IMG/VR virus record: IMGVR_UViG_3300000208_000002
Span: 1 to 52,420 of that record
DNA length: 52,420 bases
DNA from: a virus
Taxonomy: Duplodnaviria; Caudoviricetes
Reading direction: 5' to 3' (one strand)
Positions 17,640 to 26,762 of this stretch are shown piece after piece. Below the pieces are notes generated by a model. The model saw only the letters and a list, made by a program, of their open reading frames with translations, was not told the DNA's origin and did no database searches. The position numbers were made by a program, and so were the translations under genes. Each line of letters starts with the position of its first letter. Position 1 is the stretch's first letter.

Positions 17640-17664
17640 GCGCAGCTTATGCTGCGCTATTTCT
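17640..17664 (+). terminator. Hairpin, probable weak terminator
   Basis: GCGCAGC-TTAT-GCTGCGC followed by TATTTCT. Confidence 0.5.
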
Positions 17665-17691
17665 GTTATAATATATGTGTATTGTGATACA
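17664..17691 (+). promoter_or_regulatory. Extended -10 promoter plus 14-bp operator-like site
   Basis: TGTTATAAT followed by TGTATTGTGATACA. Confidence 0.55.
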
Positions 17692-17714
17692 TATTATCAA
17701 TGGAGTGATGATAC

Positions 17715-18965
17715 ATGGATGAAATGCAAATGAAGGATGAATTTTTTGGAGATAAAGGCATTGATACGCCTTATGAACGAGAATTAATTGATCCAGAAGT
17801 TAATATTGAGTTTCCGGAAAAAACATCAGAATATCAGATACTGCCTGACACACTAAATATGATTGAGCGTTCTAGAGAATTTCGTCTTTCTAAAGCATTA
17901 ATGAATTACCAAGAATTATATGATGAAATACAGTCATTATTATCCAAAATAGAAGAACGCAATTTGAATGATTTAGCATTTAAGGAATTTGTCCAAGCTC
18001 TTCAAACATCTTCTAAAAACATTTATGAATTGTTAGAAATAGAAAATCAGCATAGTGGCCATACAGATTCAGGTGATTTTGAATTGTATGGAATGTTGTT
18101 TCGTATGGGGAAATCTATTTCTGTTCGAATAACATTTTTAGATCAATATTTTCGCACACAATTAACCGATAAAACGAATATCGATGAGATTGAACAAGCA
18201 GAGCTAGATTCAATTTCAGAATGGGAAAAGAAAGAAAATGAGATAGCGGCAATTTATTTAGAGCTTTCAGATGAAATCGATGAAGCAGCAGAGACGGAAA
18301 TTAACAGGCTAGAAGAAGAAAAGCGTGTATATGAAAGACTGCATACGACATTAGCTGATGTTTCTTTTATTCATCAAAATCGGTATCTGATGTTTTCAGA
18401 AGTAGTACAACAAGCAAAAATTCTTGTAGAACATTCTACTTCTTTGATTGATGGAGATATGCGCTATTTCCTAAAACAATTATCTATGCTCCCTGATTTA
18501 TCTGCCGCAAAAATTCATTTGCTTTTATTGTTCCGTCAGTATAAAGAAAAGCTTCAGTCATTAAAAGGGAAATACGCATTTATTGATGATATAAAAGAGA
18601 CATTTTTATCAGAGAAACACTATTTATTCCAGCGCATTACTCGCAATGCAACGGATCCTATACGTACATGGCTATATGATCAAGTAGAATCTGCAAGTAG
18701 AACATTAGACATTTTTGCAAGTTTGATGGTGAACGCTATAAAGCGAAGCAAAGAACAATATGAAGATAGCATGATGGATTTATTGAAATTTTATAGAAAA
18801 GAAGCAGTTTTCTACTATGAACAAATTGCCTATCTTCAAAAAAAGGAGCAAATTCGATTATTTTTGAGAATAATTGAGGATTTGCAAGAAACGAGTGAGA
18901 TAACAAATGAATGGATTGAAGAATATGTAAAGGCAAACGGCTATGAAGAAGGAGCGACTTCGTAA
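17715..18965 (+). CDS. Hypothetical acidic helical protein (416 aa)
   Basis: Long ORF with RBS, between terL and portal. Confidence 0.8.
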   Translation: MDEMQMKDEFFGDKGIDTPYERELIDPEVNIEFPEKTSEYQILPDTLNMIERSREFRLSKALMNYQELYDEIQSLLSKIEERNLNDLAFKEFVQALQTSSKNIYELLEIENQHSGHTDSGDFELYGMLFRMGKSISVRITFLDQYFRTQLTDKTNIDEIEQAELDSISEWEKKENEIAAIYLELSDEIDEAAETEINRLEEEKRVYERLHTTLADVSFIHQNRYLMFSEVVQQAKILVEHSTSLIDGDMRYFLKQLSMLPDLSAAKIHLLLLFRQYKEKLQSLKGKYAFIDDIKETFLSEKHYLFQRITRNATDPIRTWLYDQVESASRTLDIFASLMVNAIKRSKEQYEDSMMDLLKFYRKEAVFYYEQIAYLQKKEQIRLFLRIIEDLQETSEITNEWIEEYVKANGYEEGATS

Positions 18966-19049
18966 TATTTGCTCATCATCATGTATAATATGAATGAATC
19001 TATTTGTAATGTGTTTCATCGGATTTAGATAAGAAAGGGGGAGACATTC

Positions 19050-21260
19050 TTGGCCAAATGGTTATTTCAAGTGATAAAAAATTTGAGAGTCAAGAATGCA
19101 CCCTCTGGCGGTAGAAGTGGCGGAAAAGTAGGATCCTTTTCTAGGGACCCGAAAGCAATACAAGTTAAACGTGTTGGTTATCAGTTGACGAATGCTTCTG
19201 GCGGCGGTGGTCGAGATAACTTTGAAACTCCGGAAGTGGATTTCAATATCATCGACCAAGCCATTAAACGGGATTCATATTTAATGCAAAGCGTAATGAA
19301 ATATGAAGAACTGATTTTTAAGTCCGGTTGGTCTTTGCAAAGCAAAAATGATCAAGCGTTGCAATACATCAAATTGCGGCTTGATATGATGGCAATTGCT
19401 ACAGGAATCCCGACAGAAGAATTATTTCAAGGTATTGCGAGAGATATTGTTCGATATTCTAATTGCTTTATCGTAAAAGCGAGAGCAAAAAATGGACAAG
19501 GATTGCCACCTGGCATATCAGTGATGGCTGTTCCTCCTGCAAAAGATCCTGTTGCCGGATATTTTCGTTTACCTCCTCAAACCATGCAAATAGCAAGGGA
19601 TCAAAACGGAAATATCGTTAAGTATAGACAGGAAGTGCAAGGAGCAAGCAAACCAATTGAATTTAGGCCAGAAGATATTATTCATATCAAAGTCAATGTT
19701 CCTCCAGGAAAGGCGTTTGGCGATCCTTGGTTAGCTCCTGTATTAGAAGATGTTCGGCTTTTACGAAAAGTAGAAGAGAATGCGGCTTTATTGCTATATC
19801 GACACATCTTTCCGCTTTTGAAGTATAAAGTTGGTTTAGCCGAACCAGGATGGGAAGCAACGGATGAAGAACTGGAAGAATTGCGAGCAATTATTGAAGA
19901 TATGCCGACAGATGGTGCAATTGTATTACCTGAACGACATGACGTAGAAGCGGTTGACATTAACCCAATCGATGGAAAGCCTTATTTAGAGTATTTTGAG
20001 AACCGTGTCTTTTCAGGATTAGGTTTATCGCAAGTAGATTTTGGACGTGGAGATACAGCCAATCGATCTACTGCAGATGCAATGACTGGTATTAAAGCGG
20101 ACCGGGTAAAAGGACTTCAACAGACAATTATGATGCAAATTGACAAGTACATTATTGATGAACTTCTTGTTGAAGGTGGATTTGACCCGGTTGTGAATCC
20201 GGAATTTGATGTAAACTTTGTCTTTAATGAAATAGAGCTTGAACGCAAAATTGCTAAAGAAACTCACGAAGTCTTTAAATTCAATAACAATATTCAAACA
20301 TGGGAAGAAACTAGAATCAACATGGGTATGGATCCAGTAGCAGATGAATCAAGATTGCATTTCAATATGATTGGTGCTGCCACATCAAAAGAAGCTGATA
20401 ATAAAAATCAGCCAGAAAATCAAAATGGTAAGCGAATAGGACCAAAGCGAGCTACTGAACGTGTTCAAGAGATTCATCAAAAATATTTTTATGATAAAGA
20501 AACTCCTACTCAAGTGATCAAAGAAAACAAATCAAGTGATGATAAAAAGATTCAAGAAAATGTAATGGATCATGTTTCAGATGAAGAATATCAACATCTC
20601 ATTCAGAAACTAGAAGAAATGTATCTCGACATAGAGCAAGATACAATAGATTATTTTAAGCAACAACAAAGTAAAATGACTTACCCGTTAAAAGATACGA
20701 AAGGCTTATTTGGTTCATTGCATTTTGGTGCTAAGCAAATGGAAAGCGCAATTAGGAAATATGCAGAAGTCGTTTTTAAGCAAGGAGTTGCTAATGCAAA
20801 AGATGAGCTGGATAGAAAGAACGAGCCATCGTTTAAACATTCGTTAGCTTTGCAAACAATTCATATGTATACACAAGAATCACTGAGTAATTTAAAGAAG
20901 CAGATTATCTCATTGCTCGAAGAAAGGTTAGAAGGCGCTGAGAATTTAAGTGAAGCTACGCTGATTATTAAAGGCGTTTTTGAGTCGATGCGGTTTAAAA
21001 TTCGAACGATTGCCAAGGTATTAGTAGCTCGCAGTTACAATTACGGATATGCGTTGTCCATTATGAATTATGGAGTAAATAAAGCAAAGGTCGTATATAC
21101 AGGGGAAGAATGTTCGAGTTGCAAGGAAAAAGCAAAAGGGTTGATGGAATTGAAACAGCTTTCTGATTTAGATGAAGTTTCCGTGTTTTATAAGATACCT
21201 CCATGGCATCCAAATTGTGAATGTGAGTTAAAAGCAGTTTTAGAAGGAGGTGAAATGTGA
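19050..21260 (+). CDS. Portal protein with C-terminal MuF/SPP1-gp7-like head morphogenesis domain
   Basis: Position. Portal-like EFRPEDIIHIK...FGDPWL; C-terminal CSSC...PPWHPNCEC. Confidence 0.8.
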   Translation: MAKWLFQVIKNLRVKNAPSGGRSGGKVGSFSRDPKAIQVKRVGYQLTNASGGGGRDNFETPEVDFNIIDQAIKRDSYLMQSVMKYEELIFKSGWSLQSKNDQALQYIKLRLDMMAIATGIPTEELFQGIARDIVRYSNCFIVKARAKNGQGLPPGISVMAVPPAKDPVAGYFRLPPQTMQIARDQNGNIVKYRQEVQGASKPIEFRPEDIIHIKVNVPPGKAFGDPWLAPVLEDVRLLRKVEENAALLLYRHIFPLLKYKVGLAEPGWEATDEELEELRAIIEDMPTDGAIVLPERHDVEAVDINPIDGKPYLEYFENRVFSGLGLSQVDFGRGDTANRSTADAMTGIKADRVKGLQQTIMMQIDKYIIDELLVEGGFDPVVNPEFDVNFVFNEIELERKIAKETHEVFKFNNNIQTWEETRINMGMDPVADESRLHFNMIGAATSKEADNKNQPENQNGKRIGPKRATERVQEIHQKYFYDKETPTQVIKENKSSDDKKIQENVMDHVSDEEYQHLIQKLEEMYLDIEQDTIDYFKQQQSKMTYPLKDTKGLFGSLHFGAKQMESAIRKYAEVVFKQGVANAKDELDRKNEPSFKHSLALQTIHMYTQESLSNLKKQIISLLEERLEGAENLSEATLIIKGVFESMRFKIRTIAKVLVARSYNYGYALSIMNYGVNKAKVVYTGEECSSCKEKAKGLMELKQLSDLDEVSVFYKIPPWHPNCECELKAVLEGGEM

Positions 21261-21261
21261 G

Positions 21262-22710
21262 ATGAAATACACGCTTAAAGAGCATTTGGCCAAGAAACTG
21301 ATTCCTAAAGATGCAATTGAAGAACGAGTAAATACGGTTGCAAAGATTAGTCAAGAGAATGTCAAAATATTAAACGAATCTGCCAAAGGCAAAAAACGCA
21401 AATTGATTGTCACAATGGAAGCCATCCATGTTGGCCGCACTAAAAACTATACTTACTACACAGAAGAAGGATTAAAAGCGGGCTTATCCTCTTGGACACA
21501 TCCATATAATAAGCCGGTTTTAACACATCATAATGAATATAATGGAGAGCCAATTGGTCGTATTTTGAAAGCAGAGTACTCTGAAAAAACATTGTCAGGT
21601 AAACCAGGATTGATTTTCACTTGTGAAATTACAGATCCGGATGCTATTGAAAAAGTATTAGATGGCCGCTATCAAACGGTTTCGATTGGTGCTTCCACAG
21701 ACAAAGTAATATGCAACATTTGTGGAACGGATCGCACACAAGAATGGTGTGATCACTGGCCAGGAGAAAAATATGAAGATCAAACTTGTCACTTTATTAT
21801 TGGAACTACTTATGGTCGTGAAGTAAGTTATGTAAATACTCCTGCTGATGAGAATGCAGGAAACAGAACAGTAGAAATTGTGACGGATGATGGAGATACA
21901 CAAGAATTTGCACATGTTCAAGTGTATCAGATGGCTGAGGGTTTATATCAGAATGCACAAAATCCAGAAGTAAACTTATATGAACATTTAAATGAAGATG
22001 TGAAAAAGTTATTGGATGCAATGAGCAATGTGAAAGAGGAGAGTGGCAAACGGATGGATGGTAAAGAAAATAAAACGACAGAAAGCGTAAATGCTAATAA
22101 TCCAGAACAAATTCCAAATCAAGAAGCACCAGTTCAAGAAAATCAACAAGGTGTGCAAGATAATTCCAATAATGCTCCAGAAAATTCACCAACTCCAGTA
22201 CAAGAGAACAAAACAGTTTCTGGTGTTGCAGATTTAGAGGAAGCTAACAAGCGTATTAGTGAATTAGAGAGTAAAGTTTCTGAAATGCAAGCAACCATTA
22301 CTAAATTAGTAATGGAAAAAGTTAAATTAGAATCTCGTGTTTCTGAATTAGAATCTGAAAATAACACATTAGTTTCTGAGAATGCTCGTTTAGTTTCTGA
22401 GGCACATCGGGCATTAGCAGAAAAGGTTGTAGATCTAAAATTATCTTTGCGTAAATCTGATGTTATTGGAGTTACTCGTGAAGAAGCGATTGAGGCTCAT
22501 GTGGCAAGAACAAAAGAATCTTTAACGGATACTTACAATGATTTGTTGGCTGAAGCAAAACAAATGCGGCCAGAACCGGGTAGTGTGAAAAATCCTGGTT
22601 ATGCCCCAGAAGATAGTCAAACTAATGAATCTTTCCAAGAAGAAAAAATGACTGCAAAAGAAGCTGTAGAAACAATGATAAGCATGTTTAGTCCGAAGAA
22701 AAGACGATAA
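21262..22710 (+). CDS. Prohead protease with C-terminal coiled-coil scaffold-like region
   Basis: PVLTHH...PIGRI, VSIG, CNICG, EVSYVNTPAD motifs; directly after portal. Confidence 0.8.
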   Translation: MKYTLKEHLAKKLIPKDAIEERVNTVAKISQENVKILNESAKGKKRKLIVTMEAIHVGRTKNYTYYTEEGLKAGLSSWTHPYNKPVLTHHNEYNGEPIGRILKAEYSEKTLSGKPGLIFTCEITDPDAIEKVLDGRYQTVSIGASTDKVICNICGTDRTQEWCDHWPGEKYEDQTCHFIIGTTYGREVSYVNTPADENAGNRTVEIVTDDGDTQEFAHVQVYQMAEGLYQNAQNPEVNLYEHLNEDVKKLLDAMSNVKEESGKRMDGKENKTTESVNANNPEQIPNQEAPVQENQQGVQDNSNNAPENSPTPVQENKTVSGVADLEEANKRISELESKVSEMQATITKLVMEKVKLESRVSELESENNTLVSENARLVSEAHRALAEKVVDLKLSLRKSDVIGVTREEAIEAHVARTKESLTDTYNDLLAEAKQMRPEPGSVKNPGYAPEDSQTNESFQEEKMTAKEAVETMISMFSPKKRR

Positions 22711-22724
22711 AGGAGTGAAACACG

Positions 22725-23993
22725 ATGGCATTGTTTAAAGGTATTGCAGGTCCAATTCCAAGCACGAAAGATCAATATTTTCGCACGAACACAAAATTAC
22801 AAGCTGGTACACATGATTCGCCTGGTGAAAAGTTTTTGATTGATCCACGTTTGAAACGCCTATTCCGTTATCATTTCGGTGGTGATGGTTGGGTTGTAAT
22901 CCCGAAAGGTCGTGCAGTTGCTCCTGCAACAGATGATGGTGGTATTTTTAAAAACGGCACTATTAAAGACTTTGATGGTAATGTGTATCGTCCTGTATTA
23001 ACACTTGCAAATGGTGGCGTAGATGTACAGGATGTGGACAAAGAAGGAAATCCATACATTCGTAAAGCAAACCGTGCAATTGGTGTAGCTTATGCAAACC
23101 TTTATGAAGAAATTATCGATGGATTCAATGGATTCCAACCAACGATTGAAAACGAAATCTATATTGAATTGCCTTACATTCCTAGAAAAGAAGATGCTTA
23201 TGAAATTGAATGGGGTTCTTTTTATGATGTAGATCCATCACGTCCAGTAAAACCTGGTGACTATGTAATGTCTGATGAAACAGGACGTTTGATTAAAGCA
23301 GATTTTGAAAAAGTGCGTGAAGATATTGAAGCGGCAAAACAAAAAGCAGCAAATGCTTCTTCATTGGATGAATTGAAAGAAGCACTACAAGAATTAGCAG
23401 ATGCGGAAAAAGAATATACTCGCTTGCAAGAGCAAGTGATTGGACAAGTATGGGCGATTGAAACAAATCTGCCGCCGCAAGGTTGGTTGCAATGGGTCGG
23501 TTGGTCACAACAAGATATGGCAGAAGATGATTGGAAACAACAAACTGGTTTCCGTCCTGAAGATATTGGAGCACAAGATGGATTCCCAGGTTATCCATAT
23601 GAGAAAACATATCGTAACTGGGATACAAAAACAAATAAATACTTCCCAACAGGAATTCCGGGATTAACGAACGGTTCGAATATTGAAGTTCCATTCACTA
23701 ATGAAGTGATTGGTTATGTGCAACCTGGTCAAAAAGGTCGTCATGATTTCCGTTTGAAACACACTCCAGCAGTAGAAGGTAGTGTAGAAATCTTTGCAAA
23801 TGGAACAAAAATTGATCCGATTTATGTTCATCATGAATCTGGTCTTGTAGTGATTGATTATGACAATACAGACGGAACATCACCTGTTGAAATCACGGCA
23901 ACTTATAAAGCAACTGGTCAAATTCCTGGTGTACCTACTGGTTGGGATTGGAAAGGTTCAGTAGGTGCAGTAAGAATCTTGTTGCATAAGTAA
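22725..23993 (+). CDS. Putative head decoration / capsid-associated protein
   Basis: 422 aa between protease and MCP; VKPGDYVMSD.G beta-tulip-like motif. Confidence 0.6.
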   Translation: MALFKGIAGPIPSTKDQYFRTNTKLQAGTHDSPGEKFLIDPRLKRLFRYHFGGDGWVVIPKGRAVAPATDDGGIFKNGTIKDFDGNVYRPVLTLANGGVDVQDVDKEGNPYIRKANRAIGVAYANLYEEIIDGFNGFQPTIENEIYIELPYIPRKEDAYEIEWGSFYDVDPSRPVKPGDYVMSDETGRLIKADFEKVREDIEAAKQKAANASSLDELKEALQELADAEKEYTRLQEQVIGQVWAIETNLPPQGWLQWVGWSQQDMAEDDWKQQTGFRPEDIGAQDGFPGYPYEKTYRNWDTKTNKYFPTGIPGLTNGSNIEVPFTNEVIGYVQPGQKGRHDFRLKHTPAVEGSVEIFANGTKIDPIYVHHESGLVVIDYDNTDGTSPVEITATYKATGQIPGVPTGWDWKGSVGAVRILLHK

Positions 23994-24012
23994 TGAAAGG
24001 GGAGACAACATT

Positions 24013-26224
24013 ATGTTCGGCAATCTAGAAGAATTACAACTTTCACAAGAATCACTAAACGTGTTAAAGCGCATGAAGCGCATGTTAGATCTTTCTGAAG
24101 ACTGGACTCAAATTCCGAAAAATGAATTAGTTACGGTTCGTGAGGCATTAACCACGCAAGACGCATCGATTTTGATTCCTCGTGTAATTACCGGCATGAT
24201 GCGTGAAGCAGCTGAGCCTTTATATATCGGTACGCAATTACTTCAAAAAGTGCGCTTAACAGAGGGTCGTTCGATTGAATTCCCATCCATCGGTGCTATG
24301 CGTGCGCATGATATCGGTGAATCTCAAAGCTACCTCGAAGAACCGGTGGACTTCCAACTTCACAGAACTCAAGAAGTGAAAGTTGGTAAGTCTGGTATGG
24401 TGGTCCGTGTAACGGATGAAATGATCAATGACTCTCAATGGGATGTCATTGGTATCCTTGTTCGTAAAGCTGGAGAAGCAATGGCTCGTCTAAAAGAAGA
24501 AAAAATCTTTATCCAATTCTCTAAACATGGTCACATCGTATTTGACAACGATATTCGTCAAAAATATCCGGAAGCTGGTACAACTGGAATGGATATTGAA
24601 GGAAACTATAACAACACATTGTCAACTGAAGACTTGATTGATTTGTTTATCGCAGTTATGGCCAATGGCTACACGCCAACAGACATTATTATGCATCCAT
24701 TAACTTGGTCTGTATTCTTCAAAAATGATATTATTAACAGCTTAACACATGCAGCATTAGGCGGATCTCAAATCACAAACTTAAAAATTCAACCAGATCA
24801 AGTGCAAGGCCGTATTCCGTTTGCAATTAATATTAACTTTACGCCATTTGCTCCATTCAATTATGTAACTAAGAAATTTGATATGTATGTGGTTGACCGT
24901 AATAACATTGGTATCTTACTTGAAAAAGAGCCATTAAGTACGGAACAATTCGATGATCCAATGCGTGATATCCAAACAATTAAAGTAAAAGAGAGATATG
25001 GTAATGAAGAATTAAGCGTAGCTGCTTAATTCGGAATTGCCCCTTATGGCAGTAATGTCATAAGTGCACTCGGCTATATGCGGGGACATCCCGGGCATCC
25101 TGTAAGAGCAATCTTGCAGGTGGGGACAATCCGCAGGGAAGCTTATCTTTTGACAATTAAATACGATGTGCCTTAAATGATATTAGAGGTGTTGGAAAAA
25201 TGAATAAAAAATACCAAGTTAATGAAAACTTTTTTAAAACATGGACAGAAGAAAGTGCTTATATACTAGGATGGATTATGTCAGATGGTTGCATTAATTA
25301 CATTCCACAAAAGAAATATGAAATACGTTTTGAATTAGCTGATTTGGAGGCTATTCAAAAAATAAGAAAAGCAATGGGATCTAATCATCCAATAAGAGAA
25401 CGTAATGATAAAGGAAGCAAATTGTATGGATTATATATAAATAGCAAGAAATTAGTTAAGCAGCTTTTAGATTTAGGAGTCCATACTAATAAAGCGAAGC
25501 GTTTAAATTGGCCTAATATACCTAAAGAATATGAAAAAGATTTTATTAGAGGATTCTTTGATGGAGATGGTTCTGTAAGAATTAATAATAAGAAAAATAA
25601 TCGCAAACAACTAACTAGTTTTTTTGGATCTATATGCAAACCATTTTTAGAAAAACTGGGGCAAGTTTTAAGAGATGAAATTGAATTAATACCAAAAATT
25701 TATGAAGATACTCCAGGATTTTATAAGTTGCATTATGGAGGAAAAGAATCTCATGCACTTTATAGATACATGTACAAAGATGCAACCATATACTTAAATC
25801 GCAAAAAAGAAAAATTCGAGGAAGCAATTGAGATTAAAGCAGGAATAGGATTAGCAAAGTGTAAAAGATGTGGAGAAGAAATTGTTCGAATAAGCAATCG
25901 TCAAAAATGGTGCGCTGATTGTAAAAAGGAAGTGCTAAGAGAACAATGGAGAAAGAAATATCAGCGCCAGAAGGCACGTCGTAGTCAAAAGATATAGCCC
26001 CTCACAGACTGTACGCCGAGCATCCAATGCAAATTGGATGAAGATACAGTCGGAGCTGCATGGCGACATGCAGAGATAGGCAGAAATGACCTATCCCCCG
26101 TTGCCTTCCGGGAGTAACAACACTGATCGGTATTCTAAACGAAGGTAAAGCTGTTGCAACAGCACGCAATATTGCGTTCGAAAAATCTTATCCTGCTCCT
26201 GAAAGAATTAAAATTGTATCTTAA
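24013..26224 (+). CDS. Major capsid protein (HK97 fold), spliced: join(24013..25002,26126..26224), ~362 aa
   Basis: LIPRVI, IIMHP, and a C-terminus restored by splicing: KERYG|IGILNEGKAV...KIVS*. Strong terminator after exon 2. Confidence 0.9.
25003..26125 (+). mobile_element. Group I intron 3 in the major capsid gene (1123 nt) with homing endonuclease
   Basis: Exon ends GGU pairing with GCC. P2 CTTATGGCA-GTAA-TGTCATAAG, P3 CTCGGC/GCCGAG, P7 GACTGTA/TACAGTC, terminal G. ORF enclosed by TATCTTTTGAC/GTCAAAAGATA. Confidence 0.9.
25200..25997 (+). CDS. LAGLIDADG homing endonuclease with C-terminal C4 zinc finger (intron 3)
   Basis: YILGWIMSDG and FIRGFFDGDG motifs; CKRC...WCADC. Confidence 0.9.
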   Translation: MNKKYQVNENFFKTWTEESAYILGWIMSDGCINYIPQKKYEIRFELADLEAIQKIRKAMGSNHPIRERNDKGSKLYGLYINSKKLVKQLLDLGVHTNKAKRLNWPNIPKEYEKDFIRGFFDGDGSVRINNKKNNRKQLTSFFGSICKPFLEKLGQVLRDEIELIPKIYEDTPGFYKLHYGGKESHALYRYMYKDATIYLNRKKEKFEEAIEIKAGIGLAKCKRCGEEIVRISNRQKWCADCKKEVLREQWRKKYQRQKARRSQKI

Positions 26225-26237
26225 TTAAAATAAATAG

Positions 26238-26267
26238 GCGGGCGAAAATAAGGTCGCCCGCTTTTTT
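26238..26267 (+). terminator. Rho-independent terminator after the capsid gene
   Basis: GCGGGCGA / TCGCCCGC + T6. Confidence 0.9.
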
Positions 26268-26294
26268 GATAAAGAAAGAGAGGGGAGAAATAAT

Positions 26295-26753
26295 ATGCCT
26301 GAAATCAAAGTGGGTTTAGCTCAAGGTAAAACGAGTTACTTTGATCCAAAAACGAATACGTACATTACGTTAGATAATCCGGTTCAAAAAATTAAGTTTG
26401 ATGATAATACAGATTTATCAGGTATTTGTCATGCATTATTCTCTCAACGTCCAGTACTTGTGTTATATGAAGGGAAATTACCACAAGCGGCTATTGATGC
26501 GTGGAAAGCGAAATATGATTTGAAAGGCCTGCAAATGGCTAAGCAACGTGCAGATGAAATTCAAGCTAAAAGTGCAGATGTTGTAACACAAAACATCGAT
26601 AAAGCAGAAGAAGTAAAAATGGGAGCCATGGCAATTGAAAATGAAAAAGAAGTAGAAACAGCAGAAAAAGATGATGAAAAAACAGAAGAAAATAAGCAAG
26701 GGGAGAAAAAGACCTCTCGTAAACGTAAATCAAAAGCAGCAGATGAAGAGTAA
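26295..26753 (+). CDS. Hypothetical head-associated protein with charged low-complexity tail
   Basis: 152 aa, strong RBS, directly after MCP. Confidence 0.7.
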   Translation: MPEIKVGLAQGKTSYFDPKTNTYITLDNPVQKIKFDDNTDLSGICHALFSQRPVLVLYEGKLPQAAIDAWKAKYDLKGLQMAKQRADEIQAKSADVVTQNIDKAEEVKMGAMAIENEKEVETAEKDDEKTEENKQGEKKTSRKRKSKAADEE

Positions 26754-26762
26754 TAGGAAGAG

